Source: Nemertoderma westbladi (lineage: Eukaryota; Animalia; Xenacoelomorpha). Taken from it: 64,000 bases of DNA. The stretch covers positions 59,795 to 123,794 of the forward strand of contig JAUCBJ010006881.1 of NCBI GenBank assembly GCA_032718475.1, read 5' to 3'. The position numbers and the translations under genes were made by a program. The number at the start of each line of letters is the position of its first letter. Position 1 is the first letter of the stretch. Positions 46,201-57,759 of this stretch are shown in pieces. The notes under the pieces were generated by a model, which saw nothing but the letters and a program-made list of their open reading frames with translations, was not told where the DNA came from and did not search any database.

Positions 46201-49200
46201 CTCCTTGAGCAATGGTGGAAATTCTTGCTTGGGAATCACACCCTGATGAGGATTTTTGAGCTTGAATTCGGTAAGCAGTTGTCTCCAAGCAGTCTTTAGA
46301 GGCTTGAAGAAGGTCACATCCAATGGTTGCGTTAGATGGGTGCTATTTTTAGGAAGGAAGACGAACCTAATATTGAGTTCAGCACATAAGGTAATGATAT
46401 CATGATTGGAAAGCGAGGAAAGGTTATCACCTATGACAAGCTTAGGTGAATTTGGCTCAACTCCCTTACAATAAGGAACAATCACTGTCTTAAACCAATC
46501 ATAAAACAGGTTCCATCGAACCAGCCTGAGCTAGAGCGGTTATAGCATACTTGGTAAACCATGCTCACACCAAGTGTTCCACATATTATCCGCCTTATAG
46601 ACTACATATAGTGGAAAAAGGTGACCTGTTGCAGTTCCAGCAAACAATAGTGAAGTACTTCCCTTGCTATGATTCTGGATAATCTCGGGGTATTTGCACC
46701 CCCGGTTAAAAATAGCTAGACGTTTGCCAGGGTCATCTCCAAGGTTGGTTTCATCGTAGTTAATGATGTTTGAGGGGGGGGGGGGGGGGGGGGGGGGGGA
46801 TCTTTAACTGACTGCGTGAGATTATCGAAATAAAGATTAATGTTGTCTCGGTTAATTTCAACACGTAATCGTTTGAAGTTAGCGGCCTTGCGAAGAGAAA
46901 TTTCAACCTAATGACGACCAACGAAGGACAAAGCCCAATCACTCCAGGGCAAGGGTTGTCAATAATTGATTGCAATTTAATTGCATGGCACCAATCAACT
47001 AATTGTAATTAGTTGAGCTGCCAATCAATTAATTGAATAATTAAGATTCTCAAAATCAATTATTCAATTAATTGCAATAAAAAAAATTCTGACTGTTTGA
47101 GCATAGTAGGTAGGTATGGTACCTACCTATGCCTACATATCATTTGTATACAGAAAGTACAGTACAAACTATCAATTTCATTATGCGTTATGGTACAGTA
47201 CCATAGTTGTATACAATAAGTACTGAAGTAAGTAAGTGCAATAATAGATAGGCGTTGCAGGCCATGCAAGGGCGGGCAGTTTAACAATACTTACATGATT
47301 TGGACCTATTATAGTTTACAGTACAATCGTCCAGCCAAGTTCTGACTGCTTTGATGCGTGGTATGTTGACTGGTGAGCTCAGCAGTGGATTCGGGTATTT
47401 ATTCTACTGTCATACTGCACAGTAGAGTACCGTATACTTTAAATAATCGGAGAGGCATTACGATGGGAAAGGGAGCGTTTACTCGAGAACGTTTCAAGTG
47501 CAATTAATTGCGTATAAAGTGCAATTAATTGATCTAATCAATCAATTTTTCAATTAATTGGACCAATCAATTATTAAATTATCAAAAAGTGATCAATTAA
47601 TTGGGATCAATTAATTGCAGCCCAATTAATTTTTGGCAACCTTTGCTCCAGGGAATGTTTTTCGATTCCGTGAATGCTGCTACCTTACGACCCTGAATGG
47701 TCAACATTTGATGGCCAATCATACGCAGTTCTAACACAGTAATAGGTTGACCCCACTCAGCGCACACTTTCAGGGAATTAATTAACGCTTTCTCTTCTTC
47801 TAAAGAAAATACAGTCTGACCACCTGCTTTATTCATATGAGCCCCATCCAATTTGTTTTGTATAGTACGGAATGGAATACCGTAATCATGTCCTGCTTGC
47901 CGTAGTGATGATCCTCCCTGAACTGCTGAAACTGCCTTGTCTTTTTCATGGTTTCCTTTGTGTATTCAGCATATCTTCTTGAGCCAAGTTTACGTTCATA
48001 GTCTCTAGTCATAGCTTACTAGGGATAATTTATAAATATTTCAATGAGTATATAAATTAATATATAAAGATATAAGCCTAAAGACCTACCACAGCTCAAG
48101 ATCATCCGAGGGAAACAGCCTAAATACAGCCTCAAAGCCATGCTGTAGGTAGGTACAGTACAGTGGTACACAGCCTAAATTATCTGACTTTATGTAGCCC
48201 TAAAGGTTATTTATTTATAAATATTTCAATGAGCAATATATAAAGATAAGCCTAGAGAGAGAGACATACCACAGCTCAAAATCAGCCGAGGGAAACAACC
48301 TAAATCCAGCTTTATAGCAATGCTGTATGTATACAGAGGTACCGGTACAAGACTGATAAGAGTAGATTATCTGACTTTACAGCCTTAGGTGGACTGTGTA
48401 CTATCTGGTTCGTTAATTTGAAATCCCCTCTATCATTGTGCAAAATCACCCCAGTGTAGAGTATGTGTGCAAAGTCACCCCAAAATTTGCAATTTAGTAG
48501 TAGGTAGGTCAAAAAAAATGAAATTATTTATTTATTAAAAATAATGGAGCTTAACAAGTTTAACAAACGCTGCTCTGTAAATCAGGGAATTTTCTGTACA
48601 AGAATGGGCGCTATACAATATTTAGAATAGGTTCATCTCTATTAAAGTTTATGGGTGTAATTTCCTACTAAAAAAAACAAATTTTTTTAAATGAATTATT
48701 TTCATCAAAGCCTTGATTTAGAATACGAAATCTAACAGCAAAGTGGCGGCTCATTGGTTCTATAAACATTCTATATCAGTTAAAAATCATATTAATTGCA
48801 TTATCCAATCATGAATTTGATTTCACATAAACTACATTTTTGAGCAAAGACACCCCACCCCGGCAGTGCAATGTCACCCCATTTTACGGAACTATATACC
48901 GGTACCAACAATAGACCACCAACCTTCATAACCCGTTCCCAACTCTCTAAGTCGTGCGGCGAATCTGTTTTCTTATCGTAAATGCGCTTAGCAACCCCGG
49001 TACCCGCGCAGTTGACCAGCACACGTGGCGCGCCCAGATTGGCTTGGATATCCGCCAGGGCGGTCTCTATCTCGGACGGTTTGGTCACATCGGCCGGTGT
49101 GAACAATGTATCCCCGAAGGATTCCAGCTCCGTGGCAATGTCTCGCCCCGCTGTCCCGGGGAGGTCCAATAATGCCACCTTGGCGCCCTGCTGGGAGAGC

Positions 49201-49513
49201 CTTGTAGCTGTCGCTCGGCCTAAACCCGACGAGGCGCCGGTAACTATAGCAACAAGTCCCTAAAACACCACGAAATAGTCAGATATCATTATTTAATTAA
49301 TTAAAAAAATATAATTTGCTTCTAATTTTAGTCATCTTTGAGCAGTTTTTTTTATTTGATTGTGTGAAGTCTTTACATAACAAGATGTCGATCTTTTCAT
49401 ATGTCCGATCCGATACCTAAACGTAAGTAAAAAACCGAAGGGTAGATGATGCATAAGGATACGACAAAGACATTGAAACTAAACAGACTAACCTTAACAG
49501 AACGTAACGCCAT
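43252..49513 (-). CDS. HSD17B10: 3-hydroxyacyl-CoA dehydrogenase type 2 (17beta-HSD10/scully), 4 exons: 49493-49513, 48924-49259, 43868-44111, 43252-43442; 263 aa
   Basis: MALRSVK|[14 protein letters not shown] (Rossmann), [30 protein letters not shown]|LFDT...RLDGALRM. All junctions are GT-AG and in phase. Confidence 0.95.
45535..48012 (-). pseudogene. Fragmented pogo-family transposase (HTH psq / CENP-B HTH / DDE_1)
   Basis: [14 protein letters not shown]..., [46 protein letters not shown]; multiple frameshifts and an insertion. Confidence 0.85.
46950..47645. mobile_element. hAT-type MITE inserted into the pogo transposase
   Basis: 8-bp TSD CTCCAGGG (46942-46949, 47646-47653); TIR CAAGGGTTGTCAA / TTGGCAACCTTTG. 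Confidence 0.88.
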
Positions 49514-49967
49514 ATTTTCTCCTTGAAATGTTCGTTAACTATTAGATAGATAATGTCAATTAATCAGCCAATGCAAGGATTGTCTTACAGATTTAAGTAA
49601 CTAGATAAGTAAATAAGTAAATGTTTAATTTTTAATAAGTAAATAGGTCCCAATCTGCCAATGGTACTTGTAGGCCTAATGTATGCTGTATGGCTTACTA
49701 CTTGCTTAACTCAAAACAGACTTATCGAGAGTCAGATTGTCATACAATGAATGCTGCAATGTTGTCATTTTGCAAGTTGAAAGGGCAATTTGGTGGAATA
49801 AATTTACATGAAAATCAGAAACATTTATCTCGTGGAGCCCGAGATATATGTATGTATAATCCTTTAATCTGGATGTGTATCGCTTAGGCCTATATTATTA
49901 GGTCCGCGTAGCGAGACCTCTAGTATTCAATCCGTTGTTGTTGATGTCTTAATTTTTCGCTAGCTTT

Positions 49968-50122
49968 TGGAATGGAATACGACTCCAGTAGCTCACTTGG
50001 TAGAGCGTGGAACTTGGAATGGAATGGAATACGACTCCAGTAGCTCACTTGGTAGAGCGTGGAACTTGGAATGGAATGGAATACGACTCCAGTAGCTCAC
50101 TTGGTAGAGCGTGGAACTTGGA
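49968..50122 (+). repeat. Triplicated tRNA-derived SINE-like 5' head (~54-bp unit)
   Basis: Three copies of tggaatggaatacgactccaGTAGCTCACTTGGTAGAGCgtggaact (A box); no B box. Confidence 0.7.
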
Positions 50123-52340
50123 ATCTCTAGGTTATTATTACTCTATAATAATAAAGGACTCCTCCGCACTCCGCCTGCACCAGCTGGCGGGTGCAGGAGC
50201 GGAGCAGGGTGTGTATGCATAGGGTATAGCAGCAGGGTGTATTACACCTTCAAATAAGAGTAGAGTGACTGAGTGATTAGTTCTCAAATTAGGCCTATTG
50301 TACGAAATGTCTGGACGGGTCAATATACTCATCAATTGGTAGACCTAGTCTTTCTGTCTTTACATTTTGTACAATAACTCAAGAACTACCATAATCACTC
50401 TTACCGTACCGTACTCTTATTTTGAAGGTATTGACATCTACTAAATCGATCATTACAGTGATTAGTCTATTATTGATGCCTTGGGATAATTAATTAATGT
50501 AGTATCATAATTAATTATCATCATTAGTACATTAGTATCATTTTCAGTGTATTTGTCTGTATCGCATCAATCAGAATCAAGGCGCCAATTTGACTTGTGC
50601 CGGACTTCACATTTTCTGCAATCGCTATTCGCATTAGGCCTACAGCATTATATTTGTTTTGAAGGTGTCTATACGGTACACTATACCCACTACAGCACTA
50701 AATCGGTCATTGCGGTTCTAATAAGAATAATAGCAAAGCAATATGAGTACTAGAAGTTGATCACCACAAAAATGGAGAATATGACTCACTTGCAGGTGAC
50801 AGGCAGGCAGACATGCGCTGATTAGAAAGAGGGGGGTCGGACTGTCCCGTCTAAATATCAGAATAACAAAAACCTGTAAAGTAGTACAGTACAGTCAGAC
50901 AGTAGAGTACAGACAGACAGAAGTAGGTAGCTGGTTATATTAAGCAGTTAATTATGAATTAGGCAGTTAGGATTGATGTCGCCACTACCTGACTACCAGA
51001 CTACTCCTAGCCTAACCAGCGAGTTTCAAGTATATCAGTATATTAGAAGTATAAAAATCGCAACCTTCTGACAGTCTGACCTTGAGGGCCAGGGCCATGA
51101 AACCGAACAGTAGCCTACATCACCTTGGTACAGACTGACAGAGGTAATTGTTGAAGTTGAAGTTTTTTATTGGACGCCAAATTATAGTAATAGTGCCTAC
51201 CGGTACTGTAACACGAACACAAAGCATATTAAAATTACGAAATATATTAAAATTGACAGCATGCATAGACATACTTAATGATCGGCCCTGCATAACATTC
51301 CAGCATTCTGACAACATTTACAACAAAATTAAAAATAACGTTAACCTGTATTGAAAAATAATATGGTGCACCTAGGATAGCCCCATGAGGTTATACCTCG
51401 TTTCCATGGGGGTCCTATTTAAAATTCATTCTATTAATTAGCGCTCATCAAATGCGGCATGAGAGTAAACATTTAACTAAATAAAATATATGAAAAGTGC
51501 AATACAATGTAAGATTTAATTAAAATATCTAAAAATAGTGATCTAGAAGTTATAGTTCATATCCGTACCTGTGGTATTTTTGTATTGCAAAAATAAGACT
51601 ATAAGTAAAGTATGAAATACCCTATGTTATTGAGATATTGTTTTGGTTAGAAAAGCCCACCACTGTAACCTGCTCCTTTCCGTTAATTAAGTAATGGAGA
51701 TTAGTTTATTGTTTTGGTTAGAAAACACCACCACTGTAACCTGCTTCTTTTGCCACAGGTACGCATATGAATGATAACCGATCTAGAAGCAGTAAAGAGA
51801 CTGAGTTTATTTGTAAATATTTACTATGATTGTTAATTATCTAAAAGTTTAAAAAAAAAAAAATAATAGTTTGATTTGTCGCCTGATAGTAGTTTAAAGA
51901 AGTAGTGACAACGGCGAAATTAAATACGAAACCGCACCTATCAGCCTATACGAAACCGCACCTGTACGAAACCGCACCTACTGCCTACAGTGACCTACAG
52001 ACCTAGATGAATAATGATTAAATTTTTTTTGTACAGTCTTCTTTTTGGGTAAATTTTTGTGTTTTTTTGTATTTTTGGGTAATTTTCTGTTTTTTTGGGT
52101 AATTCTGTAATTCGTAGGACCGGGCTGGGCAGCTGGGTGGGAACTTCTCAGCTGGACTGGTGGTATTCCTGTATTCAGCCTGGCAGTGTTGGTGTACAGT
52201 GTACTGGGCACTGCAGTACTGCCTGACTGCTGTACCGCTACGGTACTGCAGTATGCAGTACTGAACTGTTGTTTGACTGCAGACCGACGGGACTACTTAC
52301 CGACTTATAGACTGTAAACAGCTAGTATGTAGTAGAACAG

Positions 52341-53290
52341 ACAAGTCCCTAAAAGGTGCCACCCTGCTCCATAGCGCGGGAAATTCAAATGATTGAAAGA
52401 CATGTAATTTATACTGGAAAGGGTGACAGATCAGATCTACGATCTACCGGTACCACCTATATTTTGGCGGTAAATTAAAATCTGTTTTAACATAGCAGCA
52501 TAGAATACGTCTTATAAGACTAATGTAATTCATTGAATTCGAATAAATTATTTCTAATCGGTTTAATTCACTCATCCGTTATTCTGTTATTGTTGTTGTT
52601 TTATATCTATTCTGGGGCTTTGAGCAGCACGTGAACAACTAAACTGAACTGTTAAGGCCTACTGCACATTCAGTAGCAGTAGCTACTACAGTAAGAATCA
52701 GTATGAAGTATACTGCTCTAGTTCCTTGACCTTTTAGTACGTACCCATGTACATTATGCAGCACACTGTGTACAGTTTGTGATGGAAATACGATAATTCT
52801 GTAATTTGAATCAATCAGTCAATCGCCAAAATATATCAATTCACTGCGCCTTTCTATCTATCCACTTGAAATCTACTATTAATATATAGGTATAAGTGTA
52901 TAATTGTTATGATTATAATGTTCTATACTTTACGGTGATAGAAGTTAAGACAAATCCCCTGACCCCCCCCCCCCCCCCCCCCCCCATCAATTTTGCTCGA
53001 TGTCCCATTCTAGTTAACCAGTCAGCTTAGTTGTTCACGTGCTGCTCGAACAATAACAACAACAATAAGGGATGAGTGAATTAAACCGATAAGAAATAAT
53101 TTATTCTGATTCAATGAATTACATTAGTCTTACTCTATTCATGTATTCAATGTTAAAACAGATTTGAAATTACCGCCAAAATATTGGTGGCAGATCTGAT
53201 CTGCCACCCTCTCTAGTACAAATTACATATCTTTCAATCATTTGAATTTCCCGCGCTATGGAGCAGGGTGGCACCTTTTAGGGACTTTGT
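52341..53290. mobile_element. Foldback element with long TIRs and 9-bp TSD (MULE-like)
   Basis: TSD GTAGAACAG at 52332-52340 and 53291-53299; ~300-bp inverted arms. Confidence 0.85.
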
Positions 53291-53393
53291 GTAGAACAGT
53301 ATAAAGCAGAATAGTGTGATGGTACTGCTACTGCATTACTTTTAAAAATCCCTTCATTTATTAATCTCCTCACCATGTCCCAGAATTATATAG

Positions 53394-54219
53394 TGTCGTC
53401 ATTCAGTGACAACGCCCCCCCCCCCCCTCCCCCCTCCAAAAATCTTAAATGAGATTGCATGGAATTTGACAGAGAGATAGTTTAACTTCCTGAGCTTTCA
53501 ATCTTTAGCTACAAGCGTTTAAAAAAGTGTCTCCGGCGATATAAAGCTGGCCCTGCAAGGATTCCAAATCTTATGTAACACAAATTGAATTTTTTTGAAA
53601 AATAGAAAGATATGATTGAGATATGATATGATATGAGAGTTCAAATGTTGCATGGTTTGCGCCTGTGCAAGGGTATTTTATTCTATTTAATAAATACATC
53701 ATATTCTGGAACATTTTGTTAATGTATGAATAGCTACGTATGATAGTTTAAAGATGTAATGCATTGTTGCCCAGCTACGTTTTTGGATAAACAAAATGTT
53801 CCAGATGATGCATTCAGAACAAAATAGTCTTGCGCAAAAGCTCGGTGCAAAACCTGGCAACATTGAACGCTCATATCTCAGCTATTTTTGAACAAAATTC
53901 AATTTTTGTTACATACTGTATTTAGAATCCTTGCAGGGCCAGCTTTCCAGTATGGTACCAACAAACAGCTAAGGTAGAAGAATAAATGCGGTGGGATTGG
54001 TGTCATATCGCTGGAGACACTCTTTTTAAAAAATAAATATTAAAAATAAAAATAAATTATAAAAATTCTCACCCATTAAGTGGTCGCGAATTGAAACTAT
54101 GTATCTCAGTTTCAAATTTCAAGCAATCTCATTAATATAAGAATATAAGATTGGTAGAAAAAATAGGGGTTGGGGGGGGGGGGGGGGGGGGGGGGGGGGT
54201 GGTCACTGAATTACGACAT
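53394..54219. mobile_element. Foldback/MITE element
   Basis: Nested inverted blocks tgtcgtcattcagtgac / gtcactgaattacgaca and aaagctggccctgcaaggattc / gaatccttgcagggccagcttt. Confidence 0.7.
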
Positions 54220-56561
54220 GTTGTTAGGGGGGAGGTTAATTTACTCATTTATTCACAGCTGTAACACCTAACAGCCGGTCGTCCACGGACGTGTGTAGCG
54301 GAAATGTAACATGTTTTAAATGTTTTAAGTTAATAAATGAGTAAATTGGTTTTGGGTTTATAAAAAAGAAAGGCAATGCCCGATTTCAAATTTTCCGCCA
54401 CAAATCTGTATTTAGGACTGTATTAGAGTACAGCAGTACAGTAAGCCCACATTTAGGCTGGACTTTTTCCTTACCCAAAGCTGTTTTGTTGCGGAAGCCC
54501 ATTACGGCGACCATATTAATTAAATCGGTGTTTGAGATGTCAAAAACTTAAAAGTTCGTCTCACAGTCCGCTTTCCAAATGTACAGCATGATCGAAAGCA
54601 GGGCCGCTTTAACCTTTTCGAGGTTCTTAGGTTATTCACAAATGGGGGCCCCCTTAGGAAGTATTTTGTTCAATTTTAACGAAGATTCCTACCTTTTTTT
54701 TAAACTGTATATCATAATTGTCCCTTTATAGCCTTAACCAGGTTATAGGGCCTACTTTTAATTTGGTCCCACAAACTCATAGTGGTTTAATCTGATGCTC
54801 TGAATTCATATCTCTGGCTCCAGTGATCATAGGGTGATCGAGCACAGGTGAGCTTTTATTTCGAAATGAATGCATTAAATGAACTCATCTCTGAACTGAT
54901 TTGTTACGTAGAACGTAACCAACTAATATCAAAATAAATAACGAAAATATACAAATTAAAACTGAAACTAAATTTTAGGTATCTGGATTGATAACAAGTT
55001 GACGTGGAAAAATAATTGCGCATACTTTATAAAAAGTACGATAGGCCTATTTACAGTACAAAGATCAACAAACTTCATTGAATTTCGGTACTCAAGGCCA
55101 GGATTTGGATCGCTTTTCCTCTCTGACTGACTGACTTTCCCTCCCGCTGATTCCATTTCCGATGTCAGTGTTTATGTTTTGTTTATTAATCGGACAGTCA
55201 GACAGATGGTCTTTATACTGTATATAGTATACGTACCCTTTTATTTTTTTAGCAATACAGCAATATGTGAGAAAGCATATTATTATTGACTAATAAATTT
55301 CATAACAGATCATACAACATATAGTATAAACTATGAACGAATTGTTATTCATTCAAATTGATCTTTTATAAATGCGATAATGAAATATAAATTTATAACT
55401 AAATACTAAGTAGGCCTACATACAACATACTGTATCAAGTAGCAAATATCAATTAAGAAGGATTGAAGGAAGGAATATAAAGCAAAAAGGTACCGTACCG
55501 GTAAATAAATTATAGCATTTCCACATAATAATACCAATCAACAAAGATAATTTAGTGCTGGTTCACATTGTAACTTTAAGCGATAGGATAGATAGTTAGT
55601 AATTAAAAGTAAAGTAAAAGTAAATTATATTCGGCCGTTAGGCCAGGGATTACGCACAAAGTCTGACGACTGATTTCCAGTGCGGTCCCCCCAGAACTTC
55701 ACTCCCCATAGGAAACTCCAACCGCGAAGCCACGATTTACGAGATATGTGAATTCAATGCAACCACTACATCGAGGGACCTAAATTATAAGATAGTCGGT
55801 TAATTAGTAGGACATAAGAGACGGACAAAAAGGGATAAAAGATATGCGATAAGCGATAAGAGGATGATATAAGGAAAGCGATGGGGCTAAGGGATGCGAT
55901 AAGATTAAGTGGTAGAGGAGATAGGCGATAAACTACATTGCAAAACGTCAGTGCAGTTACGTTGCACGGTGCAGTGCAGTGTCAGTTAGTAGGACATTGC
56001 GCACTGGACTATTGCCCATCCATTATCGTTTGTGGGGCGAGCCATGAAGAGAGTGAAGCCATAGGGGTACCATAAACGAGTTGTCTGTCATTGTCGTCTG
56101 TCGTCGTCCAATTTTTGATCGCTTCAATTCTTGATTAAATTAAACCAAACTTAGTACGTATGTAGTCCTTAAAAAGTATAGAAAGAATCTTAAGTTTGGT
56201 AAAAAATGAGACAGTCTGTCAGTCGCGTCCGGTAGTTTCAATCTTTTGATAAAAGCCGAAAAACGTCGGCCAATCATTGATTAAATTAAACTAAATTTGG
56301 TAAACATGTTGTCTGGCAAAGGTTTAGAAAGATAATTCATGGCTGCGTATTGTAAATAAAAACAAGACTCGGATTACAGCTTCTAAGGTTGACTCATTCT
56401 CGTGCTGCGCGAAAGCCCCACCACGAACGTGTTTATTATTGCCTATATCATGTTTATTATTTTTTATTCCATTGTAAACTGGGTTTTATGAACTGCAGTT
56501 TTTCGTACTGTATTTCTAAGTCTATTTAGATGGGAGATGGATAGCATGTCGTCATATAGAC

Positions 56562-57677
56562 TTACTTTTTAGAGAATTTAATGGACTTTCTCAAGGCGTT
56601 AAGATGGCAGCTCATTTCTTTACTTTCTAGATGAGGTGGATTTTTATTAACTACGGCGGCCTTATCGACAGTGACTTCACTGCGTTGCTTATGTAATCTT
56701 TCTGTCGTCACGTGTATCATTTCGTTCCACATATCCCGTATTTTCTTCCACAACTTTCTACGTTTTTTTCTGTCATCCATAACATCTCCACTGCCCTTAC
56801 CAACACCATCCACAACATCTCCACTGACTCCATCCTCGTCATCCAACTCTGTTTTGTCTTTAGGGATAAGAAACGTGCTCTCTTCCAGCTTATCCGCTAT
56901 TCTAGCTACTAGATTTTGTACGTAAATCAAGATATGGCAGAAATCGGTTGAGGCCAACTTGTTGGCTAAATCATACTGGTAAATCACCCAGGCGAGGCCT
57001 TGTATATACCAAGAACCGTAATACTGACTCCTCAGAGATTGAAACCCTTCCATAGTCGAGTAGCCGATGAGAATATCTGACCTCGCCGGTATAGAACACT
57101 CGTTAGACAACGCATCATCTTCCTGCACGCCCTTCATTATCTCTTTACCTTTACACGCTTGCACTACGAATATTTTCGGTTTCCCAATTAAATCCGCGCA
57201 ATTACGCCCATCGAATAAACCAAGGATGGTTTTTAGATTTATCGTTTCCCCATCCCAACATAATATACCGTCGTTTTCCGTTCCGTGACTCATAATGACG
57301 CAAAAGAAACAATCGGATTTCTTGTACGATTTTCTGAGAACCTCAATATTATCTAATTCAGACTTAGTAAATCCACGACTCAGTAACTCCCCTTCGTCTT
57401 TCGGAGATAGATTCGAATACGCCTTCAATAATCCAAGAATTCGATCATGAGACCAATTAAGATAGACCATGATACGATTATCGTCGAATCCCAAAAGCTT
57501 TAACGCAACTTTCATTATCTCAACATCTTTATCAGAACCTTCCCGCACTGGTAATTTTTTAAACTTATAATTGTTAAAAATTAGGGCAACTCCTCGAGAT
57601 TCATGCTTCATATTGTAATCGAATAAAATTCCATCGTTAAAGTCTGTACCGGTACCGGTACTGGGTGAGACAGCCAT
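56562..57677 (-). CDS. Intronless short-prodomain caspase (caspase-3/6/7-like)
   Basis: RGVALIFNN, REGSDKD, CVIMSHG (catalytic His), KPKIFVVQACKG (catalytic Cys), SLRS..GSWYI, KEMS...LRKSIKF. Confidence 0.9.
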   Translation of the reverse strand: MAVSPSTGTGTDFNDGILFDYNMKHESRGVALIFNNYKFKKLPVREGSDKDVEIMKVALKLLGFDDNRIMVYLNWSHDRILGLLKAYSNLSPKDEGELLSRGFTKSELDNIEVLRKSYKKSDCFFCVIMSHGTENDGILCWDGETINLKTILGLFDGRNCADLIGKPKIFVVQACKGKEIMKGVQEDDALSNECSIPARSDILIGYSTMEGFQSLRSQYYGSWYIQGLAWVIYQYDLANKLASTDFCHILIYVQNLVARIADKLEESTFLIPKDKTELDDEDGVSGDVVDGVGKGSGDVMDDRKKRRKLWKKIRDMWNEMIHVTTERLHKQRSEVTVDKAAVVNKNPPHLESKEMSCHLNALRKSIKFSKK

Positions 57678-57759
57678 CTTTAATATGGACTGGAAATTAA
57701 GCTATAAATGACAAAATGAGAATAACTTTTGTTGGGCACAGCTTTGCAAAGTCGAGAGA

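Larger units (their letters stand above)
44846..48894 (-). mobile_element. pogo/Tigger-like DNA transposon in HSD17B10 intron 2
   Basis: TIR core CGTAAAATGGGGTGACA(T)TGCAC at both ends; subterminal GTCACCCC repeats. Confidence 0.8.
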
